From a virus (taxonomy: Duplodnaviria > Caudoviricetes), in IMG/VR virus record IMGVR_UViG_3300038673_000242, positions 1-42,412 of that record: a DNA stretch of 42,412 nt. One strand, 5' to 3'. The notes under the pieces are model-generated. The model saw only the letters and a list, made by a program, of their open reading frames with translations, was not told where the DNA came from and did not search any database. This document shows, piece after piece, positions 27,090 to 33,794 of this stretch (its first letter is position 1; the number at the start of each line of letters is the position of its first letter). Both the position numbers and the translations under genes were made by a program.

Positions 27090-27530
27090 ATGCCTTATTT
27101 GTCGAATTTTAGCGATTATATTTCAGAGCAAGTTTTGAAGCAAGGAACGTCCTTGTTTGAACTGTCAAAACGCATCGGCGTTGACGATTCCGCCATCCAC
27201 CAGTGGCAGGTGGCGAAATTTATGCCATCAACTGAAAACCTTGTCAAGGTTGCCGACTATTTCAACGTCCCTATCGACTATATGCTCGGTCTCTCTGATT
27301 CGCAAACTCTTATTCGCTTTGAGCCACCTAAATCGTTCATCGACCAACTATCATTTCTGATGAAATCTAAAAGCGTAACCGCGTATCGGCTCGCCAAAGA
27401 ATGTGGCTTTGGTCGCGCCGCCGTCTCCAAGTGGTTGACTGGTCAACGCGTTCCCTATTTCGAAAGCATAATTAAGCTTGCTCTTTTCTTCGGGTGCTCT
27501 ACTGACTTCATTATAGGTCGCGCACACTAG
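27090..27530 (+). CDS. Tandem XRE-family HTH regulator (two HTH domains)
   Basis: Two repeats of L....G......W......P....L...A..F....D...G; only credible plus-strand gene inside the prophage. Confidence 0.85.
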   Translation: MPYLSNFSDYISEQVLKQGTSLFELSKRIGVDDSAIHQWQVAKFMPSTENLVKVADYFNVPIDYMLGLSDSQTLIRFEPPKSFIDQLSFLMKSKSVTAYRLAKECGFGRAAVSKWLTGQRVPYFESIIKLALFFGCSTDFIIGRAH

Positions 27531-28651
27531 CCTTCCGCTACCGCCGCTTTTAATTCATTGACCTTGTTCAGCTGTTCCCACATAAGGTATTCCTTCCCGA
27601 AGTGTCCACCAACTGCTGTCTGTGCAAACACTGGCTGTTTTAAGTCCAGTGCTTCGATTATCCGAGCCGGTCTGAAATCAAAAACCTTCATAACGGCTTT
27701 TTTTATCAACTCTTCGCTGATTGTTCCTGTATAGAATGTATTGATATCCACGCTTGTCGGCTCAGCTTTGCCTATTGCGTATGAAATTGCTACCTCACAC
27801 TTTTCTGCTAGTCCTGCCGCGACAATGTTTTTTGCTACGTATCTTGCCATATACGCGCCGCTTCTATCAACTTTGCTTGCATCCTTACCGCTGTACGCTC
27901 CACCGCCATGGTGCGCTTCGGGTCCGTAGCTGTCAACCATAAGCTTTCTGCCGGTCAGTCCGCTATCTGCCTTGAATCCACCCAACACAAAGCGACCACT
28001 TGGGTTGATAATGATTTCCGTATCCTTTTCAATCGCATAATCCCTGAATACAAAATCTATGACTTTCGCCTTTATATCCTTTGTTAATTCGTCCAGTGTT
28101 TTCCATTCTTCATGCTGTGCTGAAACGAGCACCGATGTTATCCTGTCCAGTCTTCCATTTTTGTATAAGACCGATACCTGCGATTTTCCATCAGGTAGCA
28201 ATCCCTTTATGATGCCTTCCTCTCTGCAATACGTCAATCTGTCGGTAAGGCGATGAGCTAATTCGATAGGTAGTGGGAGAAACGATAGAGTTTCAGAGGT
28301 TGCATACCCAAAAACAATACCTTGGTCGCCTGCACCCTGCTCTTTTTTGCTAACTGCCTGTGAAATGTCGCTACTTTGTCTGTGAAACGCTATTTTTATC
28401 GTCAAATCACTAGTATCGTAACCAACTTCTTCTATTATCTCCCGAACAAGAGCATCGCAATTCACATCAGCAGAAGATGACAACTCTCCGACTACGAACA
28501 CATTTGCATCCGATAGTAGCACTTCACACGCAACTCTGCTCTCCGTATCCTGCTCCAAACAAGCATCCAGTATCGTATCCGCTATTAAATCCGCTAACTT
28601 GTCAGGATGTCCGTTTGTTACGCTCTCAGCTGTAAGTATCCTCTTTTCCAT
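27527..28651 (-). CDS. metK: S-adenosylmethionine synthetase
   Basis: ESVT.GHPDK, GAGDQG, PDGK.QV, GLTGRK, GGGAYSGKD.SKVDRS. Confidence 0.96.
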   Translation of the reverse strand: MEKRILTAESVTNGHPDKLADLIADTILDACLEQDTESRVACEVLLSDANVFVVGELSSSADVNCDALVREIIEEVGYDTSDLTIKIAFHRQSSDISQAVSKKEQGAGDQGIVFGYATSETLSFLPLPIELAHRLTDRLTYCREEGIIKGLLPDGKSQVSVLYKNGRLDRITSVLVSAQHEEWKTLDELTKDIKAKVIDFVFRDYAIEKDTEIIINPSGRFVLGGFKADSGLTGRKLMVDSYGPEAHHGGGAYSGKDASKVDRSGAYMARYVAKNIVAAGLAEKCEVAISYAIGKAEPTSVDINTFYTGTISEELIKKAVMKVFDFRPARIIEALDLKQPVFAQTAVGGHFGKEYLMWEQLNKVNELKAAVAEG

Positions 28652-28652
28652 G

Positions 28653-29951
28653 TTATACCTCTCGTATTAATTCCGCTCTTTGCCCTGTAAACTCTTCCCA
28701 TCGTTTGACTGCCACGTCGCAGTATTCAGGTGTTTTTTCCATTGCATAGCATATTCTATCTGTTTGTTCGCAGGCGATTATCGTCGTGCCACTTCCGCAG
28801 AATGGTTCAAGCACGATTTCGCCCTTATCGCTGTGCATTTTGATGCATCGCCACGGCAACTCCACAGGATACATCGCAGGGTGTTCCTTGTTCGCCTTTA
28901 CGGTCGCCATTTCCCATATTCCTGCATAGCCCCACTTCTTGCGTTCCTCTTTGCTTAAACGCTTTACAAATTGGTAGCTGTGTCCGGCATACGCGCTCAG
29001 CCACACATACTCTTGGTCGTTGTATTCAGGTTCCGCGTTATTTCCGAATGCCGTTATGTATTCGTACTGCTGAACAGGCTTGTTCGTTACCAAATGGTAG
29101 GGTCCCACGCCGAAGTTCATTCCTTGCTTTTTCCATATCCTTATCCATATAGGTCTGTACCCGCGCTCTGCGAACATTTCCGTCGAATATGCCTGTGTTG
29201 GCTCGATAAACTGTGTCCCTGTGCTATATAAATCGATGATATTCCAACAAATAATACCTGCATACTTTGTCAGGTTTTTTATCACTGGTCTCATCGTTTC
29301 CCGCCACGGTTCAATGCCCTTTGTCTCGTAGTCCTTGCCTACTCCATACGGTGGCGATGTTACCGCCATTTGCGCTTTTCGCCCGCGCATCAGCTTCTCG
29401 AACGCTTTGTCATTTGTGCTGTCGCCGCACATCAGCCGGTGCTCACCAAGCTTCCATATGTCGCCGACCTTCGTTTCTGCGCCTTTCGCTACTACTTCCT
29501 CGTGCTCTTTGTCAACATCGAATTCATCCTGCACAGCTTCGTGCGAATAGAATGAGTCCATCAACTCATCTATTTCGGCAGCATCGAAACCTGTTAAGCT
29601 CACATCAAACGCCGCGCTGTCAAGGTCTGTTAATAGTGCGCTTAATTTGTTGTCATCCCACTCGCCTTGTATTTTGTTCAGTGCAACGTTTAACGCCTTT
29701 TCATGCGTTTCGTCTAGGTCAACGACTACGCAGTCTATTTCCTTATAGCCTATGTCCTTCATGACCGTAAGTCTTTGGTGTCCGCCGACCACATTCCCTG
29801 TGCGCTTATTCCAAATGACCGGCTCAACATACCCGAACGTTTCTATTGACCGTTTGAGTTTTTCGTATTCAGCGTCTCCCTCTTTCAATTCCTTTCGCGG
29901 ATTATACACCGCAGGATTGAGCCGTTCGACTGCAATCTTTTCTATCATCAT
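28653..29951 (-). CDS. ParB-like N-terminal domain + DNA amino-methyltransferase (SPPY, probably N4-cytosine)
   Basis: YNPR/GGHQRL; TSPPY, HPA.YP, EPFCGSGT. Confidence 0.9.
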   Translation of the reverse strand: MMIEKIAVERLNPAVYNPRKELKEGDAEYEKLKRSIETFGYVEPVIWNKRTGNVVGGHQRLTVMKDIGYKEIDCVVVDLDETHEKALNVALNKIQGEWDDNKLSALLTDLDSAAFDVSLTGFDAAEIDELMDSFYSHEAVQDEFDVDKEHEEVVAKGAETKVGDIWKLGEHRLMCGDSTNDKAFEKLMRGRKAQMAVTSPPYGVGKDYETKGIEPWRETMRPVIKNLTKYAGIICWNIIDLYSTGTQFIEPTQAYSTEMFAERGYRPIWIRIWKKQGMNFGVGPYHLVTNKPVQQYEYITAFGNNAEPEYNDQEYVWLSAYAGHSYQFVKRLSKEERKKWGYAGIWEMATVKANKEHPAMYPVELPWRCIKMHSDKGEIVLEPFCGSGTTIIACEQTDRICYAMEKTPEYCDVAVKRWEEFTGQRAELIREV

Positions 29952-30487
29952 TTTTTACTCCCTCCGTGCGGTTGGTGATTGAGCAATATCGACATCGGAT
30001 CTGAATCGTCCTTGCCGTATGCCTCCGTGCAATTGTCCTTTACCACCTGATAAATCTGCAACCACAAGTTGGTGCTTTGTTTCAAGAAATCTTGCGATAT
30101 CTTGATATAAGGACTAGCAATCGGCATCTCAGTAGTCGGATGCTTTGCCAAAAATCCAAATGTATGAACAGCGTTTTCTGCCTGTATCCAACGAGCAACG
30201 CACATAGCGTACTGCTCGACAATTTGCGGATTTATTAAATGGTCGCAACCACGTTCCTGCAACCACTTCCACGTCTTTTCATAAACCTCTTTTCCTATAT
30301 TTTCGCTCGCGCCTTTCGTCTGTTGCGAAAGGTATTTACTTGGTTCAGGCATTTCCGCCCCTACCAATTCATCATCGACCTTTATCACCTCAATTTTCTT
30401 TTTGTAAAGGTCGTCATTCACCCTGTCCGCAACGGGCACTTTTTTCCTTCCCGCGCCGACACGCGCTCCGCCGTGACCGTTTGCCAT
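29948..30487 (-). CDS. Terminase small subunit (P27-like)
   Basis: HGGAR.GAGRK N-terminus; QYA....RW.Q.E, HPTT..PI.SPY. Confidence 0.85.
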   Translation of the reverse strand: MANGHGGARVGAGRKKVPVADRVNDDLYKKKIEVIKVDDELVGAEMPEPSKYLSQQTKGASENIGKEVYEKTWKWLQERGCDHLINPQIVEQYAMCVARWIQAENAVHTFGFLAKHPTTEMPIASPYIKISQDFLKQSTNLWLQIYQVVKDNCTEAYGKDDSDPMSILLNHQPHGGSKK

Positions 30488-30494
30488 ATTCCCT

Positions 30495-30680
30495 CCATAA
30501 ACTTGAAAAATCTTGATTGTTTTTCAAGTTTTGATTATTCTCTTATACTTTGTATAAGGATAGTCCCTTATACCCCTCTTGATTTCGGTTTTTTTCTGCG
30601 CGTGACTCGCGCCCCGCTCTCCTGTGTGAAACCCTCAGAGATTTGACTCCCCTACCCCTTCGGCGGGGCGAGGGAGTTTC
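30495..30680. other. Probable cos/packaging region
   Basis: Non-coding, immediately upstream of TerS; perfect 12-bp IR AAACTTGAAAAA/TTTTTCAAGTTT (30499-30531), CTTATAC/GTATAAG palindromes, GC-rich core. Confidence 0.55.
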
Positions 30681-30686
30681 ACTGTT

Positions 30687-30788
30687 TTACTTATTCTTCT
30701 TCGTTGGTTTACTCGGCTTTTTGGGCGGCTTTATCACGGGCGGTTTATCCTGCTCCCAACGCTTCCCAATAGTTGTTTGTGTTGCCAT
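30687..30788 (-). CDS. 33-aa Lys/Pro-rich peptide after the ART (not in ORF track)
   Basis: AAGGAGG RBS; MATQTTIGKRWEQDKPPVIKPPKKPSKPTKKNK. Confidence 0.55.
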   Translation of the reverse strand: MATQTTIGKRWEQDKPPVIKPPKKPSKPTKKNK

Positions 30789-30800
30789 AGCCATACCTCC

Positions 30801-31424
30801 TTATGCTACTTCTGTTAGGTCAACATATGTCGTATGACCTTTTGTTACGTATCCGGTTATTCTATATTTCACTGTTGAAGGCGCAAGCACCTCCGCTTCT
30901 GCATTTCCGTAATGCGATAGGTGTTGCACTGGTGCCGCATGACTGGTGCTCTTAACCTTAAAGATTACGCTTTGTCCGTTTCCATACCCGCCTGCAAAGT
31001 TTTCCGCAACGCTTTTCTTGCTACTCCAACTGCTGATGCCTTTCATATCAATTGTTCCGCCCTTGACCAGGCCTTTCTTCCACTCTTGCCAATTATCCGT
31101 ACTTAGGTGTATTCCTCTGTATATGGTTCCGTTATACGCACGGCTTTTCTTGATTACTTGGTCTATCAGTTTTCCCTTCATCGCTTCTGACGGTGGCTTG
31201 CCGGCTCTTATTGCGTGATAGCCACTTCCGAAATATGAGGATAACGCCGCGTAATATTTCTCCACTTCATCCATCGGTATTCCTGTTTCTTTCGATAGCA
31301 TTTGCAGTGCTTTCTGATATCCAACATAGTCGGGAGCAAGTTGTCCTACCTTTTCTCTATCAATGCGTGCTGTTGCGGCTACTGCTCCTCCGCCGCGACC
31401 GCTTCCTCCTCCACGTCCGCCCAT
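30801..31424 (-). CDS. R-S-E type mono-ADP-ribosyltransferase (VIP2/exotoxin-like) with MGGRGGGSG N-terminal leader
   Basis: IYRG, ISSWS, EAEVL (ExE) catalytic triad pattern. Confidence 0.82.
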   Translation of the reverse strand: MGGRGGGSGRGGGAVAATARIDREKVGQLAPDYVGYQKALQMLSKETGIPMDEVEKYYAALSSYFGSGYHAIRAGKPPSEAMKGKLIDQVIKKSRAYNGTIYRGIHLSTDNWQEWKKGLVKGGTIDMKGISSWSSKKSVAENFAGGYGNGQSVIFKVKSTSHAAPVQHLSHYGNAEAEVLAPSTVKYRITGYVTKGHTTYVDLTEVA

Positions 31425-31425
31425 G

Positions 31426-32085
31426 CTATTTCCTCCTGCCCATGCAATCGTCGAATTCGTACCCCATCTCTATTACGTTCCCTTCCAGTGCTCCGGGGTT
31501 GTTGCCGAACAACAAGATTGCCGTTGGTGCCAAACGCTTTAGCATCTGATAGTACCCAGCGTAGAAACGTTCTTTTGCAAGAGCATTACCTTGTGTTCCT
31601 TTCGTGCTTATCGCCACGATACTGTTCTTCGGCTCTCCATCAAAGCACCAATCGAAGCTTTTACTGTCTGACCAACATATCGTCGGTATGACTTGTATGC
31701 CGTTTTGCTCCCAATATCGCGCTACCCAGTGCTTCTTGTAGTGATTCCACAGCTGTACCGCTCTCGGGTGGTCGGTGTATAGGCTGAAATCGGGGCTTAA
31801 TACGAACTTGAAGTTTTCTAAAACCTCTATGTATTCGCTCGGTCGTTGCCACACCCGCTCAAACTGGTAATCGTCCAAAAAGAAATGGACGCCAATTTCT
31901 TTACAATCAACATCCATTTTCAAAGAGGATTTACAGTAATTGAAACCTACACATACTCCTCCTTTAGAGAGTTGCCAGTTTACAATATCAATACTATCTG
32001 TACCCTTCAGCTTCGGTATCTGCCACGCGCCTTCTCCGTCAAACACGGCTCTGTGTGTATTCTCTATCCCGCGTTTATAACTCAT
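31426..32085 (-). CDS. DUF4417 family protein
   Basis: VHFFLDDYQFERVW, LSPDFSLY.D, QLWN.Y, VIPT..W, VA.ST.G; ATGA overlap with the HNH stop. Confidence 0.85.
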   Translation of the reverse strand: MSYKRGIENTHRAVFDGEGAWQIPKLKGTDSIDIVNWQLSKGGVCVGFNYCKSSLKMDVDCKEIGVHFFLDDYQFERVWQRPSEYIEVLENFKFVLSPDFSLYTDHPRAVQLWNHYKKHWVARYWEQNGIQVIPTICWSDSKSFDWCFDGEPKNSIVAISTKGTQGNALAKERFYAGYYQMLKRLAPTAILLFGNNPGALEGNVIEMGYEFDDCMGRRK

Positions 32086-32447
32086 TTGCCCCACCTACTG
32101 CCTTCTTTTGCCGACTTACTGCTGTGGCAACTCCAACAAAGGCTCTGCAAGTTGTTCATATCGAGTGGTGCGCCGCCTTCCTTAATCGGTTTTATGTGGT
32201 CAACCATTGTTGCCTTCGTCAATTTTCCGTTACGTATACACTCTTCGCATAACGCATTGAGTTGAAGCTTCCTCTTTCTTACAGCCTTCCACTCTTCTGA
32301 CTGATAGAACTTCTGCGCTGTCTTATCACGCTCGTATGTGTTGTATTGGCGCGTTATTTCCTTCTGATGTTCCTCGCAGTAGCTTCCGCCATCTACCAGT
32401 CGCGGACAGCCAGGATATCTGCAAGGAGTTTTTGGTTTCCTTGGCAT
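32082..32447 (-). CDS. Packaging-associated HNH endonuclease (HK97 gp74-like)
   Basis: MPRKP..C..PGC, FY.S..W...R, C..C, VDHI.P...GG, NLQSLC..CH..K. Confidence 0.92.
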   Translation of the reverse strand: MPRKPKTPCRYPGCPRLVDGGSYCEEHQKEITRQYNTYERDKTAQKFYQSEEWKAVRKRKLQLNALCEECIRNGKLTKATMVDHIKPIKEGGAPLDMNNLQSLCWSCHSSKSAKEGSRWGK

Positions 32448-32473
32448 GTCCATCCCTCCTGCTTTTGTGTAAA

Positions 32474-32497
32474 CAAAAAGGGAAGCATCGCTTCCCT
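32474..32497 (-). terminator. Terminator-like hairpin in the late leader
   Basis: AGGGAAGC-GAT-GCTTCCCT-TTTTG between the late promoter and the HNH start. Confidence 0.55.
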
Positions 32498-32569
32498 GTA
32501 TGTGTTTTCCCTATTCAAAACGGATTGTCGGTTTTCGACGAAAGCCGCTTCCCTCCTGCTTACACTGTT

Positions 32570-32631
32570 ATTATACCCGCTCTTTGGAACATTTTGGAAC
32601 GCGTTGTTCCACTTTTGGAACGCAATGGAAC
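32570..32631 (-). promoter_or_regulatory. Late promoter with iterated GTTCCA activator sites
   Basis: TATAAT (32575-32570) without a -35; TTTTGGAACGC twice, 21 bp apart, plus further TGGAAC copies right after the activator gene. Confidence 0.65.
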
Positions 32632-32636
32632 TATTT

Positions 32637-32924
32637 TTACTCACAGCACTCTGCAATCACCTCTACTGCCGCGTTTATCTTCCTTATTACCGTCGTATGA
32701 CTCATATAATTCCGCTTGGCATATTCCCTTATTGTCATTCCGTGTACGTACACCTTTTCTATTATGTCCCTGCTTTCGTCTCCAAGCGAGGCAATACATT
32801 CCTGAATCAGCGTGAACAACGCAATTTCGGGAGATGTCTTTCCCGCAGAAGCAAACACCTTCCGCTTTATTTCTAAAGCGTGATAGTTCTTCAAAACCTC
32901 TTTTATAGTTTCCTTCGTCTGCAT
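32637..32924 (-). CDS. ArpU/RinA-like late transcriptional activator (sigma region-4-like HTH)
   Basis: I..L....R.II...Y..G.....A......TV motif; located before the packaging operon. Confidence 0.7.
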   Translation of the reverse strand: MQTKETIKEVLKNYHALEIKRKVFASAGKTSPEIALFTLIQECIASLGDESRDIIEKVYVHGMTIREYAKRNYMSHTTVIRKINAAVEVIAECCE

Positions 32925-33364
32925 TTTTTGTTCTCCCTGTCCAGTTCGTCCTGATACGCTTTTTCCTCTGCGCGTCTTTTGTTGTATTCCTCTACCCAGT
33001 CGTATTCATCGGTAGAATGTAGTTCGGACATCAACCAAGACCGTATTTGCCCACAGTCTTCCAGTTCTTCCGACCAGTCCGTTTCTTCGCATATGCCTTT
33101 CAGCACCCATCGCTGTATTCCGTCCACCACCTTGCCACGATAGCAAAACACCATCAGCATTTTCCCTATTTTTTCGTCGAAGTATTTCGCACGGAAATAG
33201 TGTTGCCATATAAGAAACCCGCTTTTATTCATATTGTCTATGTATTCACTTAGTTCTTCGACCATATCACGCATTGGAAGCACCGCATCGTGGTCTATTT
33301 CGTAGTAATCCACCCTTGCTTCCGGTGTGATAATAATCCTGTTCACTATTTCCTGCTTTTCCAT
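32903..33364 (-). CDS. Hypothetical protein
   Basis: 153-aa ORF with RBS in the operon. Confidence 0.55.
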   Translation of the reverse strand: MEKQEIVNRIIITPEARVDYYEIDHDAVLPMRDMVEELSEYIDNMNKSGFLIWQHYFRAKYFDEKIGKMLMVFCYRGKVVDGIQRWVLKGICEETDWSEELEDCGQIRSWLMSELHSTDEYDWVEEYNKRRAEEKAYQDELDRENKKCRRRKL

Positions 33365-33367
33365 TGT

Positions 33368-33655
33368 TTACTCCTCTTTGAATGCTTCAATAACCTGTTT
33401 CGCTTCCGCCACACTCCTTATTACTAGTGCGTATCCGCCCGCCTTCAATATTTTCCTTATTGTCATTTCTTGAAGAGCGGTTGCCTTGTTTTTCCCGACT
33501 TTGCATTCAAAGGCTATAAATCTGCCCCTGTAACATACAATTATGTCGGGTATTCCCGCTGTACCGTACTGCCCGCCGTGCTCTTTCCAGTAAAAGCAGT
33601 CATCAACGGTTTTCAGGTAATCTTTTATTTTCTTAACCAAATCGCTTTCGTTCAT
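33368..33655 (-). CDS. VRR-NUC domain nuclease
   Basis: Start reassigned to MNESDL; GIPDI, FECK, LQ motifs. Confidence 0.88.
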   Translation of the reverse strand: MNESDLVKKIKDYLKTVDDCFYWKEHGGQYGTAGIPDIIVCYRGRFIAFECKVGKNKATALQEMTIRKILKAGGYALVIRSVAEAKQVIEAFKEE

Positions 33656-33675
33656 ATCGTCTCCTGTAAAGTATC

Positions 33676-33775
33676 TGTCGTAAGTGTCGAAGCGTCGGAG
33701 AAGACACATCCTACACATACGACACTAACATGCAGTCGCGTAGAGGTTATTTACGACGCTTCGACACGTGCGACA
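33676..33775. repeat. 22-bp inverted repeat built of GTCG iterons; candidate replication origin
   Basis: TGTCGTAAGTGTCGAAGCGTCG (33676-33697) vs CGACGCTTCGACACGTGCGACA (33754-33775), 20/22 complementary; directly downstream of the primase-helicase. Confidence 0.6.
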
Positions 33776-33794
33776 CTTGTTTTCTATATGGTGC

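Noticed and set aside
27527-28651. metK as a host gene marking a prophage boundary
   Set aside because: It lies 1 bp after a phage MTase and is flanked by terS and terL, so it is phage cargo.
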